From a virus: a DNA stretch of 64,000 bases. Below, in pieces: positions 1 to 9,017 of this stretch (positions are counted from its first letter, which is position 1; every line of letters begins with the position of its first letter). The position numbers and the translations under genes were made by a program. The stretch lies in the IMG/VR virus record IMGVR_UViG_3300042870_001850, positions 1 through 64,000 of that record; one strand, 5' to 3'. The notes under the pieces are model-generated. The model was not told the DNA's origin. It worked only from the letters and a program-made list of their open reading frames with translations, and searched no databases.

Positions 1-57
1 ACCCTCGATAATTTCTACGAATTCAGCTGCCATTATTTCTATCTCTGTTTGTTCCAT
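1..57 (-). CDS. 5' part of a leaderless early ORF (MEQTEIEIMAAEFVEIIEG...), runs off the window
   Basis: ATG at 57 lies 6 nt downstream of the TATAAT of the motif at 64-79; open to window edge. Confidence 0.55.
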   Translation of the reverse strand, partial: MEQTEIEIMAAEFVEIIEG

Positions 58-132
58 AAATACATTATAACAACTTTAGATTCTAATGCGCGCTGTTGGC
101 GGCGCCGAAGTGGCGCCGCCGAAGCGGGAGGT

Positions 133-450
133 TTAGTAGTAGGTGATTGTGTTTGTTGGTCGTAGTGCGATGATTGCGTCGAAGATTTCGTTGCCGAAGT
201 ATTCGATGATTTCGTCGTTGTCGTTGAAGTGATCGTTGAAGGCGAGGTATGGGTTTTCGTTTTCGTAAAAATGAAGGAAGAGTTTGATGTTGCCGTTGTC
301 GTCGATGCTGTCGTTTTCGATGTCGTCGTCGTCGTTAGCGAAGTCGGTGATGTCGAAGCTGCAGTTTGCTTGCGCGTAAGCGGGCGTTATGAGTAGCGTA
401 AGTGTCTGTGTGTCGTCGTTTGTGTCTGATGTAATTGTAAATGTTTGCAT
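133..450 (-). CDS. small very acidic hypothetical protein (leaderless)
   Basis: ATG 6 nt after motif TATAAT; about 22 D/E versus 2 K/R in 105 aa. Confidence 0.8.
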   Translation of the reverse strand: MQTFTITSDTNDDTQTLTLLITPAYAQANCSFDITDFANDDDDIENDSIDDNGNIKLFLHFYENENPYLAFNDHFNDNDEIIEYFGNEIFDAIIALRPTNTITYY

Positions 451-506
451 GATTATATTATAACAACTTTAGTTTTTAGGGCGGATGTTTGCGGAGTCGT
501 TGAGAG

Positions 507-782
507 TTAGATTTTGAATGATTTGAAGAAGGCGATTGCGTTGTCGTCGAAGTATTGAGAGTCGTCGATGCTGTCGATGTCGTCGCTGTGATGCTGTCCG
601 TCGATGTCGATATGAAATTGGTATTTGTCTGTTGGGCGGTAGATGATATTTAGGGTGTCGGTGGATGGATTGCCGTCGAAGTCGTTTTGATTGATGAAGT
701 CGGCGGTGAAGTGGTGCTGAATGCCGTAGTCGTCGTCGTGCGTCGTTTGGATGTATTTGAATGGAGTATTGAAAATAATCAT
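507..782 (-). CDS. small acidic hypothetical protein
   Basis: ORF track; motif at 816 upstream; Asp-rich. Confidence 0.75.
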   Translation of the reverse strand: MIIFNTPFKYIQTTHDDDYGIQHHFTADFINQNDFDGNPSTDTLNIIYRPTDKYQFHIDIDGQHHSDDIDSIDDSQYFDDNAIAFFKSFKI

Positions 783-839
783 TTTTATAACTTTCTGAAT
801 TGAATTGATATAGTTATTATAACAACTTTAGTTTTTGAG

Positions 840-1181
840 TTAGGCGATGAGGGCGTCGTTGGGAATTGTGAGATTGTCGATTTGTAAGTTGCGATTGATG
901 AGATCGGTTTTGATTGTGTTGGGAAGTTGCTGTCCGAAGAATTCGTAGAGTCTGTCGATTGATTCGAAGTGGTAGAGGTCGTCGCCGTAGTAAGAAGAAG
1001 TCGAAGTTCCGCAAAATGTTTTGTTTTCGATGTTGTAGATGAAGCGGTGGCCGGATTCGAAGTAGTCGTCGGAATCTGAAATGAATGTTGCGAAGTATTC
1101 GTCGGTAATCCAAATGTCGTAGGCGATATAGGTTTCGGTTTCGGTAATTTCAAAGGTGAATAAGTTTGTGTTTGTTTCCAT
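840..1181 (-). CDS. acidic, aromatic-rich hypothetical protein (leaderless)
   Basis: ATG 6 nt after motif at 1188. Confidence 0.8.
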   Translation of the reverse strand: METNTNLFTFEITETETYIAYDIWITDEYFATFISDSDDYFESGHRFIYNIENKTFCGTSTSSYYGDDLYHFESIDRLYEFFGQQLPNTIKTDLINRNLQIDNLTIPNDALIA

Positions 1182-1216
1182 ATGGTTATTATAACAACTT
1201 TAGTTTTCAGACGGCA

Positions 1217-1357
1217 CTAATCCCACCGCCCCTTACGGCAGGCTTTGCGCGATGCGACCCGCTTTTTGTTCGGGATTGTCTGCGCCTTCAGGAAGTTCCT
1301 GTCCGCGAATGCTTGACGATCTTCGTCGTGCCATTTATTTTTCTGCTTTGTTGCCAT
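1217..1357 (-). CDS. 46-aa basic protein MATKQKNKWHDEDRQAFADRNFLKAQTIPNKKRVASRKACRKGRWD (not in ORF track)
   Basis: Manual translation; ATG 6 nt after motif at 1364; fills the gap between two motifs. Confidence 0.75.
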   Translation of the reverse strand: MATKQKNKWHDEDRQAFADRNFLKAQTIPNKKRVASRKACRKGRWD

Positions 1358-1381
1358 GTAATCATTATAACAACTTTAGAA

Positions 1382-1738
1382 CTACACTCTTGCCGCAATT
1401 TCTTGTTGATACAGTTGCGCAACCGCACAGAGTTTTGCAAATGAATCATCATCAACTTCGTTTACTGGCCAGCCAAACCGCGTGTACGCACCGATGTAAG
1501 CAATCCCCCGCACTTCTCTGTCCTTATCGAGTGGAGTGCCGAGAGTTCTTAGCAATGCTTCCGCAAAGTAGTTGCGCATACCAGTTGAGTTCATGTTGCA
1601 CACAAGCATAAAGTCCGCAATTTGCAACTTTAATGTTTCAAAGTTCTTTTCATCAAGAGTATTTGGATGATGATCAAGAGTTGCCGCGCACCAGAATCCA
1701 GTTGCGTGAACTTGTAAGACTCGAACCGGAGTGTTCAC
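1382..1738 (-). CDS. hypothetical protein
   Basis: ORF track; AAGGAC RBS upstream. Confidence 0.7.
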   Translation of the reverse strand: MNTPVRVLQVHATGFWCAATLDHHPNTLDEKNFETLKLQIADFMLVCNMNSTGMRNYFAEALLRTLGTPLDKDREVRGIAYIGAYTRFGWPVNEVDDDSFAKLCAVAQLYQQEIAARV

Positions 1739-1947
1739 GTGTCCTTCTTTAGTGGATCAACAGGCCACTCAGATACTTCAGTACACCAGCCATGTGTGTA
1801 ATCTTGAATCGCTTCTGCTGTTCCGCAATCGGAGCAGATCTCTGTCTTGTTGTCCGCTCGAGAAAGAGCACCTGGATATTCAGCCGGCATCAAATTATTT
1901 GGAATCCAGTTGTACTGGCATCGCGGACACATGTGTGGAACTTTCAT
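1735..1947 (-). CDS. small Zn-finger-like protein (CPRC...CSDC)
   Basis: Start moved to ATG 1947 (ATGA overlap with upstream stop); two CxxC. Confidence 0.7.
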   Translation of the reverse strand: MKVPHMCPRCQYNWIPNNLMPAEYPGALSRADNKTEICSDCGTAEAIQDYTHGWCTEVSEWPVDPLKKDT

Positions 1948-2201
1948 ACCATCACTCGAGTCGTGTCTTCGGTGTAAGCGACTGCTCGGCAAAGAACTTC
2001 GAGTCGGTACTCACCCTCACGGATTGTTGGAAGATGATCTTTGTTTGTTTTGCCGTACGAGTATCCATTGTTAAACATCGCGTCGATTAGTTCTTGCTGA
2101 TCGATTTGGATTACCACAACGCCATCTTCAATCCGCAAGCAGTAGCCGCCGCGTACTCGGAGTCCGCCATCTCGGCCGGGTTGAACTGGTCGCATCTTCA
2201 T
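1944..2201 (-). CDS. hypothetical protein
   Basis: ORF track (to 2213); TAATG coupling favours start at 2201. Confidence 0.65.
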   Translation of the reverse strand: MKMRPVQPGRDGGLRVRGGYCLRIEDGVVVIQIDQQELIDAMFNNGYSYGKTNKDHLPTIREGEYRLEVLCRAVAYTEDTTRVMV

Positions 2202-2440
2202 TAGCAAGTCCATTCTACAAGAATGAATGTTGACTGCTCATCTTTTGAGAGAGTAAGTGAAGTGCTCACTAGTTCAAAGAACTCTTCAGAGCTGATCTTG
2301 TTACCTTCAATGTGAATGATCTCGTTCCCGAAGTAGCCCGCATCGGCTACGGCAGGTGTGAATGTGTATCCGGAGATTGCACCAGTAATCTCGTTGATTG
2401 TGGCTACCATGTAGCCTGGAATTTGAACTTGTGTGTCCAT
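2201..2440 (-). CDS. hypothetical protein
   Basis: AAAGGAC RBS; motif at 2475. Confidence 0.75.
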   Translation of the reverse strand: MDTQVQIPGYMVATINEITGAISGYTFTPAVADAGYFGNEIIHIEGNKISSEEFFELVSTSLTLSKDEQSTFILVEWTC

Positions 2441-2486
2441 GTCGTTTTGTCCTTTTGTTTAGGTTGATAAGATTATTATATCAACT

Positions 2487-2681
2487 TTAGATTGTAATCC
2501 TAGCTCCGCACTCGCACTCGCCGATCTCACCTGGAGCGTCTGAAGGAACTTTTTTGTGTTCGTGTAGACTGCCCACTCGCTGAAGAGCTTCCTCATGAGT
2601 TAGCTCCGCATCATAGTGCATCAGCCGCGCGTACTCTCTACGCTCGCGTGTGATCACTGACTTTTCTACTTTAGTTTTCAA
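2487..2681 (-). CDS. hypothetical protein
   Basis: ORF track; stop TAA lies inside motif 2475-2490. Confidence 0.65.
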   Translation of the reverse strand: MKTKVEKSVITRERREYARLMHYDAELTHEEALQRVGSLHEHKKVPSDAPGEIGECECGARITI

Positions 2682-2904
2682 TGCGTTCGTAAGAGTATTG
2701 GCCGTTTATGAAGCCGATGGGGTCGTTGCAGTAGAAGTCGCCGAGGAGGTGCTCGTCGGAAGCTGGAATTGTTATTTCACATTCGTAATCGTGATTTGTA
2801 ATGTTAGGTTCAGAAAGAATTTTCAATTGAGCTGTCGGGACGAATTTTTGTAGGTTTTGGATTGATTCGTGATTTAAGTCGGTGAAGTGTGTAATTGTTT
2901 TCAT
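2671..2904 (-). CDS. acidic hypothetical protein (leaderless)
   Basis: ATG 6 nt after motif at 2911. Confidence 0.75.
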   Translation of the reverse strand: MKTITHFTDLNHESIQNLQKFVPTAQLKILSEPNITNHDYECEITIPASDEHLLGDFYCNDPIGFINGQYSYERIEN

Positions 2905-3022
2905 AAATACATTATAACAACTTTAGTTTTTACAGCGAGATGCTGCGCGCCGGATCCCCGTTAGCAATTCGCCTTTTTGTGTGGTGAATTAGGATCCGGC
3001 CCGCAAGCCTCGTTGCGATTAC

Positions 3023-3277
3023 TTAGACGCGGTAGGCGACTGAGTAACCGCGATCTTGCTTCGCGTACACTTTCGTGTAAGCGGCGCTGAGGGCGGCTTG
3101 GCCAGTGCTGAACACTTGCCGGCTGGTCTGGCGGCGTGGCAATTCTGCCATTCCCCACGAGCACACCAGGACGTTATCCTGAACTGTGACCTCGTAGACC
3201 TTCTTCTTGCCGCTTTGTCCGCGACCCATAGGTCCGATATCGCTCCCCTTAAGGAGACACCATTTTGATGTTGCCAT
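3023..3277 (-). CDS. WGR-domain protein
   Basis: KKVYEV...LVCSWG...K..RGY pattern of WGR domains; start at 3277 follows an AAAGGAC RBS. Confidence 0.7.
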   Translation of the reverse strand: MATSKWCLLKGSDIGPMGRGQSGKKKVYEVTVQDNVLVCSWGMAELPRRQTSRQVFSTGQAALSAAYTKVYAKQDRGYSVAYRV

Positions 3278-3393
3278 GACGTTGTTGTCCTTTCGTCGTT
3301 TTACCAAGCAGGTTTGCTTGATAAGTCCATTATATCATCTTTAGATTCGGCAGGCGGCCATGATGACCGCCCACCGGATCAGAAGTTTTATTC

Positions 3394-3597
3394 TTAGATC
3401 AGCTCGAGATCCGATGGCTTTATAAAGACACCCAAAACCCCGCCGAAGATTTTCACCACGGCTGTCTGATGTTCTGCTGGGACGCTCAAGTCGAATCCCT
3501 GTCCTTTAAGTTCGGCTTTTGGAAGTTCAGAAATGATTCCTTCCTCGCCGAAAAAAGCACCCTCTTCGCGGATGATGATTTTATCTCCAATTTTCAT
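3394..3597 (-). CDS. KOW/SH3-like small protein
   Basis: MKIGDKIII.EEGAFFGEEGII resembles a KOW motif; motif at 3640. Confidence 0.6.
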   Translation of the reverse strand: MKIGDKIIIREEGAFFGEEGIISELPKAELKGQGFDLSVPAEHQTAVVKIFGGVLGVFIKPSDLELI

Positions 3598-3660
3598 ATT
3601 TTTCCTTTTCGTCGTTATCAGCTGCTTGCTGATAAATACATTATAACAACTTTGGATTTT

Positions 3661-3906
3661 TTAGCCAAAATACGAATCAGTGAAATCTTGAATTTCCATT
3701 TCGTAATACGCGGCCATCAGCTCGATCTCATCTTCGTCAAACTCAATATCGAATATCGGCCAACCACCTGAGTGCATCGGCTTCGCCTCGAAAATACTAA
3801 ACTTTACTGAGGGAACAGCTTCATTCATTTTTGCCAATACATCTAATAGAGTTTCATTTTCAATTGACCCTGCCCATGCTATTGATTCACGAATCGTAAT
3901 TTTCAT
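3661..3906 (-). CDS. acidic hypothetical protein
   Basis: ORF track; motif at 3939. Confidence 0.75.
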   Translation of the reverse strand: MKITIRESIAWAGSIENETLLDVLAKMNEAVPSVKFSIFEAKPMHSGGWPIFDIEFDEDEIELMAAYYEMEIQDFTDSYFG

Positions 3907-3957
3907 ATTTTGTCTTTCTCGTCGTTGTTGATATGATCATTATAACAACTTTGGATT

Positions 3958-4146
3958 TTACTCTTCAAAGAGAGAAAGCTGATTTTCGTTTTGACCTTGT
4001 GAAAGTTGCTGTGCAATTTTTGTGCGATCATTTTCGGGCGATTGGTCAATAATGTCCCATTCGTCTTCTGTCCAATCAGTTGTGTCGATAATTATCAGAT
4101 TCTCTGCGTTTCCGTAATTGCCATCAGTTGCAAAATAGTGGTTCAT
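3958..4146 (-). CDS. acidic hypothetical protein
   Basis: Start at 4146 (MNHYF) after AAAGGAC RBS; motif at 4178. Confidence 0.7.
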   Translation of the reverse strand: MNHYFATDGNYGNAENLIIIDTTDWTEDEWDIIDQSPENDRTKIAQQLSQGQNENQLSLFEE

Positions 4147-4198
4147 GTGTTGTCCTTTGTTGTCGTTGGTATTAGTCATTGTATCTTCTTTAGAAAAG

Positions 4199-4278
4199 CC
4201 ACCGTCTCATAGTCGGGCTCTATACCAGGCCGGGACTTCAAAAAGCCACCGTCAACGTATTCAGTTGCCTACTAGGCC
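4199..4278. repeat. tandem pair (47-nt period) of bipartite motif CCACCGTC-N16-TACYAGGCC
   Basis: Copies at 4199-4231 and 4246-4278, intergenic, with different spacers. Confidence 0.8.
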
Positions 4279-4295
4279 GGGTTTTTGTTTTTGTG

Positions 4296-4532
4296 CTAGA
4301 TCAGCACCTTTACTGTAGACTCTACAAATATGTGGCCTGAGTCGTTGCCTTCAGGGTCTGACGATGGGATCAAAGCAGTACCGTCATCAAGAATGATGAC
4401 CATAGGTACGCCTGAGAAGCTACCGTCCCAGCCGAAGTCTTCGCACTCACCGTTAGTCAGTGGTCGGACCGTCTTGATCTTGCGACCGACTAGTGCGCCG
4501 TATTCTCGTTTGATATATGCATCACGGTCCAT
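4296..4532 (-). CDS. hypothetical phage protein
   Basis: ORF track; motif at 4566. Confidence 0.75.
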   Translation of the reverse strand: MDRDAYIKREYGALVGRKIKTVRPLTNGECEDFGWDGSFSGVPMVIILDDGTALIPSSDPEGNDSGHIFVESTVKVLI

Positions 4533-4648
4533 TGTGTATCCTTTTGTCGTTGTGTTGATATGTTCATTATAACAACTTTAGAAAGAGAAGGGCCAGCACG
4601 GAGGAGGACGTAAAGGACAAGTAAACTACTCACCCCGTGCTGACGATC

Positions 4649-6457
4649 TTAGGCAGCCTTGCTGGATACCGTGGTCATTGCTTTCGCCGCAGCAGCGCCG
4701 ATCTCAGTGGCCACTGCAGCCGGGTCACGAACTCCCTTTAGAACAACCGCTGATGAACCTTTGCAGATTGCTGACGCGTACATACCGCCGCGACTATCAA
4801 ACGGAAGCCAAAGAACTCCGACACCAGCTTTGTCGCACTCATTCACCCAGCGGCGTGCTGCTTGTAGTTCTTGCTCTGTGTAGCAACCATCACTTACAAC
4901 TACCAGCATGCGAGCTCCTGAGCCATTCAACAAGTTGAGCGAACCATTCAATGCCTTGAACGCTTTGTCAAACTTCTCAGTCCCATCAGACGCGGTGTAC
5001 ACGTTGACTTTGTCAAGGTGCTGACCGGGCTTCAGAGTTGGGAAGACACCTTCGCCGTAGTACACCATCGCTGCGCGTGCTTGTATTCGGCGTGCTGCTT
5101 CGCTCATCACCCAAGCAGTAACTGCCATCGGGTTCATCGCTTCACTCATTGAACCGCTGATGTCAACCATCACGCCAATGTTAAGCGTTGGCTCGTCAGT
5201 GTGCTTGCGCACTGAGCGACGCCATGGCTCAACTTGAGTCATGATGCCCTTGCTCTTGAGTGCCGCACCTTGAACCATTGCACGAGTGCGAAGGCGTCCG
5301 GGAGGAACGATTGATGCAATCTCAACAACATCGCGCTCGCGATACTTTGCCTTCTCGAGAAGTCGTGCGACTGTGACAGCCGCTGCTCGTTCTTCCGCAG
5401 ACGGAGTACGCTCTTCAATGAGTCGGCTGCTGCTCTTGCCATCGGCCATTGGACCGGTGCCCTGGCCAAAGACTTCATTCGCAACACTCTCGTGTTCCTT
5501 CTGAGTCTTCGCTGAACTGCCGCGTTCCTTCGCGATCTCACTCCACTCTTCAGTGGTCTGTTGATCATCAAGATCTCCGCTAGCATTGATTGCTGCAGTG
5601 CCTGCTGCTTCTTCGAGTGCCTCGAGCATCTCGCCCATGATTCCGCCGGAACCTTCAGCGCCATTCTCATCAGGAGTGCCTTCGCCTGGATCAGGCTCGC
5701 CATTCTCTTCTGCTTGCTCGTTAACAATCTCAACCCACTTGCGTGCAAGCGGATACATTGCTGTTGCGTCAAGATGATTGTTGTGGTCCTGCGCCGCAAT
5801 CCAGATCTCGCGAAGCTTTGCAAGTGTCGCTGCGCCGAGCTTAGACTCAATGAGTGGAGTGATTGCTTCAATGTCTTCGTCTTGAAGAACACCCGCAGAG
5901 ACTCGTGCCATTGTGAGAGCAGCAATAGCTGCAGCAACTCGTGTGTCGCTTTCTTTGATTGCTTCTTCTTTAAGATCAGCAACTACAATCTCGAGCGCGC
6001 TTGCGCGAAGAAACGCTCTGTTCTCTGGCATGATAGTCACGCCATTGTATTCGATGCGTCCTTCTTCAAGATAGATAAGAGCTTTGAATTCAGCCGGCGA
6101 CAACGCATTGAACGCGGCTTCGATATCCCAGTTAGAGAAGCGAGCGTGAAGCGCTTCGTGAAAGATTGCGCCTGTAGCTTTTGGCCACTCGAATTGGTTT
6201 GAGCGAACTCGCAAGTCGCCGATTGTCTCGGGAGAGATATTGCCGCCGAAGGCAACTTCAACATTGACTTCAACTTCAGCAGTTGCTGGAGTGTAGCACG
6301 CTGGAGCAACTCCGCCGGCACCAGGTCCTACGTATCCCACGAGGTCGTGGCGATCTGCCCACTTGTTAGCGAGCTCTCCGACTGCAGCTCCGATGCCAAG
6401 CCACTCAACTGGCGTGGACTCTGCGCGAGTCTTTTTGTCGTATTTTAGATGTCCCAT
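4649..6457 (-). CDS. VWA (MIDAS) domain protein with N-terminal HExxH region, CobT-like partner of a MoxR ATPase
   Basis: DISGSMS MIDAS, VVSDG; HEALH...EEGRIE; adjacent to AAA+ gene. Confidence 0.85.
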   Translation of the reverse strand: MGHLKYDKKTRAESTPVEWLGIGAAVGELANKWADRHDLVGYVGPGAGGVAPACYTPATAEVEVNVEVAFGGNISPETIGDLRVRSNQFEWPKATGAIFHEALHARFSNWDIEAAFNALSPAEFKALIYLEEGRIEYNGVTIMPENRAFLRASALEIVVADLKEEAIKESDTRVAAAIAALTMARVSAGVLQDEDIEAITPLIESKLGAATLAKLREIWIAAQDHNNHLDATAMYPLARKWVEIVNEQAEENGEPDPGEGTPDENGAEGSGGIMGEMLEALEEAAGTAAINASGDLDDQQTTEEWSEIAKERGSSAKTQKEHESVANEVFGQGTGPMADGKSSSRLIEERTPSAEERAAAVTVARLLEKAKYRERDVVEIASIVPPGRLRTRAMVQGAALKSKGIMTQVEPWRRSVRKHTDEPTLNIGVMVDISGSMSEAMNPMAVTAWVMSEAARRIQARAAMVYYGEGVFPTLKPGQHLDKVNVYTASDGTEKFDKAFKALNGSLNLLNGSGARMLVVVSDGCYTEQELQAARRWVNECDKAGVGVLWLPFDSRGGMYASAICKGSSAVVLKGVRDPAAVATEIGAAAAKAMTTVSSKAA

Positions 6458-6506
6458 GTTTTGTCCTTTAGGTTTGTCCTTGTATAGATCATTATACCAA
6501 CTTTAG

Positions 6507-6550
6507 AAAATCAGCTGGCCGGCTCCCACCTACAGGAGCCAGCCGCTGAA
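6507..6550 (-). terminator. probable intrinsic terminator after the AAA+ gene
   Basis: GC-rich stem (GGCTCC/GGAGCC, TCAGC/GCTGA) followed by TTTT on the minus strand. Confidence 0.5.
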
Positions 6551-6553
6551 GAC

Positions 6554-7549
6554 CTAGATCTTGGCTGGTCGGCACTCTTCACCGAAGACTCGGGTCAAGA
6601 CATCCGCCACAACTGGGCGATCAATCTCGGGAGCCGCGGCCAATAAGTTCGAGATCGCGAACTTGCTACCGAATGTCTTAGACAGTTCTCTGAATGCCAG
6701 GAGTTCGCGCATCTGCGGAGCCCATGACACTTCGTTTGACTGCTGCTTCTTGCTCAGGTTCTGCGCTGCTGTCACAATTGGAGTTGGGCAACCGAGCTTG
6801 CGAGCAAGACCCCAGTCAGTTGTCATCTCTGCGTGAACAGTGAATCGTGAAAGAAGAGCTTCAGAGAGACGAACTCCAGGTGCATTGGGGTTTGTCGCTG
6901 CGACTACGTAGAAGCCAGGCTTTGCCTTGACAGTTCCGCGTTCTGGGTTTGCTGTGACTGTGTACTCACGGCGTCCATCCATCAAGCCGTAGATGATTGA
7001 AAGAACTTTAGGATCAATCAATCCGACTTCGTCGATCAGCAACACGCCGCCTGACTCTGCTGCTTTGAGCAATGGGCCATCTTCCCAGACGAAGCCACCA
7101 CTTGGTGTCTGAACATATCCGCCAACTAAGTCGGACACTTCAGTGTCACCTGAGCCGAGCACTGTTTGTATTCCGCCAGCTTCAGTGTGGAACGCTGCTT
7201 CAATGAGTGCAGTCTTTCCACAACCAGGTGCTCCGTAGAGGAGTGCGTACTGTGAACCTTCACGCGCCTTACGCAGAACTTGCACGTCATTGTGCTCGCC
7301 CCATGCTCGGGTGTAGTAGTCTTCGCCATTAGGGCGTGAGTACTTTGTTTCTCCTTCGAGTGAATCTGTTGAGACCATCTTGACTTTCTTCTTTACTGCT
7401 GCTGTTCTGCTAGCGGCTCTTCCGGCGTCAAGGATCTTCTTATCTAGTTCATGTGCTGCGTCAGGGGAGAATGCCTGAGCCGCTGCTGTCATGAGAAGCT
7501 CAGTGATCCCTGCTCCCATAACATCATAAGTTGTTGCTGTCGTTGTCAT
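6554..7549 (-). CDS. MoxR-type AAA+ ATPase (CbbQ/NirQ/CobS-like)
   Basis: Walker A GAPGCGKT, Walker B LLIDE, AATNP, ALLSRF. Confidence 0.9.
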   Translation of the reverse strand: MTTTATTYDVMGAGITELLMTAAAQAFSPDAAHELDKKILDAGRAASRTAAVKKKVKMVSTDSLEGETKYSRPNGEDYYTRAWGEHNDVQVLRKAREGSQYALLYGAPGCGKTALIEAAFHTEAGGIQTVLGSGDTEVSDLVGGYVQTPSGGFVWEDGPLLKAAESGGVLLIDEVGLIDPKVLSIIYGLMDGRREYTVTANPERGTVKAKPGFYVVAATNPNAPGVRLSEALLSRFTVHAEMTTDWGLARKLGCPTPIVTAAQNLSKKQQSNEVSWAPQMRELLAFRELSKTFGSKFAISNLLAAAPEIDRPVVADVLTRVFGEECRPAKI

Positions 7550-7599
7550 TATTTGTCCTTTTGTTTGTAGGTGTTGAGATTATTATATAATCTTTAGAT

Positions 7600-8079
7600 T
7601 CAGACCGCCCCAAAGATCTCTTTGGGGAAGCCGAGGAACTTGCGAGCCTTGAGAATTCGTCCGAGAGTTTTGTATGGAGTGCGACCCATACGAGCATCAT
7701 CAAGGTCTGTCGGCAGTACTTCGACTACGATAGCTTCCTTGTAGAGCTTCCAGTCGTTATTCTTCAAGCTGTCGAAGAGAGTGTATGAGAATGACAGACG
7801 CCTTGTTGCTTCAGCGCGCAGATCTACTGGAATTGGCAATGAGCCAGTTGCTGTTGTCGATACGCCTGCTGTAACTGCTCCACTCACTGCGGATGAAACC
7901 ATGCGCCATGTTTTGCGTGGCGCTGCTGGCGATACTCGCCGGCGGTACATTGTCATCGGAACTGTGTGTCCTGATGTGCAGCGTCCTTCCGGCATGAGAA
8001 GAACTTGAGTCGTTGAAGGTCCCTTGCGGAACTCCATATAGACTGCTCGTCCTGCGATTGTTGTTGTAGGTGTTTCCAT
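7600..8079 (-). CDS. hypothetical protein
   Basis: AAAGGAC RBS; motif at 8120. Confidence 0.8.
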   Translation of the reverse strand: METPTTTIAGRAVYMEFRKGPSTTQVLLMPEGRCTSGHTVPMTMYRRRVSPAAPRKTWRMVSSAVSGAVTAGVSTTATGSLPIPVDLRAEATRRLSFSYTLFDSLKNNDWKLYKEAIVVEVLPTDLDDARMGRTPYKTLGRILKARKFLGFPKEIFGAV

Positions 8080-8143
8080 GTTTGTCCTTTTGTCTGGTCA
8101 GCGTTGTGCTGATGTAATCATTATATCAACTTTAGTTTTCCAG

Positions 8144-8509
8144 TCAGACAAGCTGACTGGAGAACTCATCGAATGTCATTGTTTGTGAAACCTTAGTGGA
8201 GTCACTCGCACTTACAATCTCGACTAACTTGTCTTCCCATGTAATGAGAATCACGTCATCGTAGTCGGGCGTGCTGAATGAGTTGTGACCGGCACTGACG
8301 CCGAACCCAGTTTCTTCTGCCCAGTAGTTCTCAACGATTTGTGAGATGCCGATGCGTGTCGCATAAGCGTGGTCATTCCATCGAGGACGTGCTGCCTCGA
8401 TTGCGCGTTGCGCGTCTTTGTATCTGTCGCTTCCGCCCCAGTGGGCGTATAGGAATACTGGCACTGCTGCCACGTCCGCCTTGAATCCGATTACTGCTCT
8501 GTCTCCCAT
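8144..8509 (-). CDS. hypothetical phage protein (MGDRA...LYAHWGG)
   Basis: RBS; motif at 8542. Confidence 0.8.
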   Translation of the reverse strand: MGDRAVIGFKADVAAVPVFLYAHWGGSDRYKDAQRAIEAARPRWNDHAYATRIGISQIVENYWAEETGFGVSAGHNSFSTPDYDDVILITWEDKLVEIVSASDSTKVSQTMTFDEFSSQLV

Positions 8510-8553
8510 GTTAGTTGTCCTTTCGTATTGGGTATAAGATTATTATAACAACT

Positions 8554-8955
8554 TTAGTTCTTCACCAAGGCGAAGCTATTTGCCTTGCGAAGAAGATCCG
8601 CAGCTGGTCCTGTGGCGAGATCGCCAGCGACAATGACGTTACACATCGCCTGAACTTCTGTGCAAAAGACTTCAAACTTATTCTCGTTGAAGCGCGCGGC
8701 TGGCGCAGTTGCGAACTCAACGAAAGGATCAGTAAAGATCGCAGACTGCTCGACTTGAAAGCCATTGCGCTCAGACGCCTTGCACCAAGAGATATACGCT
8801 TCGTAGCGCTTCTTGTCTTTGTTGTGTGACATTGTAACCTTGACACGCTCGTGCCAAACTTCTACACCATCTTCTGGAGTTGACTCGAGAATCGGGCCAT
8901 CGAAAGCCGCTGTTGTTCTGCGATCTCGGTAAGTAATTTTTGCGTGTTGAAACAT
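8554..8955 (-). CDS. hypothetical protein
   Basis: RBS; motif at 9002; stop inside motif 8542. Confidence 0.8.
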   Translation of the reverse strand: MFQHAKITYRDRRTTAAFDGPILESTPEDGVEVWHERVKVTMSHNKDKKRYEAYISWCKASERNGFQVEQSAIFTDPFVEFATAPAARFNENKFEVFCTEVQAMCNVIVAGDLATGPAADLLRKANSFALVKN

Positions 8956-9017
8956 TGTGGTTGTCCTTTTGTCTTACCAGCCGGTGTTGGCTGATATGTT
9001 CATTATATCTTCTTTAG

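Noticed and set aside
4198-4281. Tandem pair as a mini-CRISPR with 20-nt spacers
   Set aside because: Only two units, and the same flanks recur singly inside coding regions, which fits a bipartite site better
4649-7549. cobT/cobS gene symbols
   Set aside because: Motifs support only a generic MoxR/VWA assignment; no cobN or other cobalamin synthesis genes in the window
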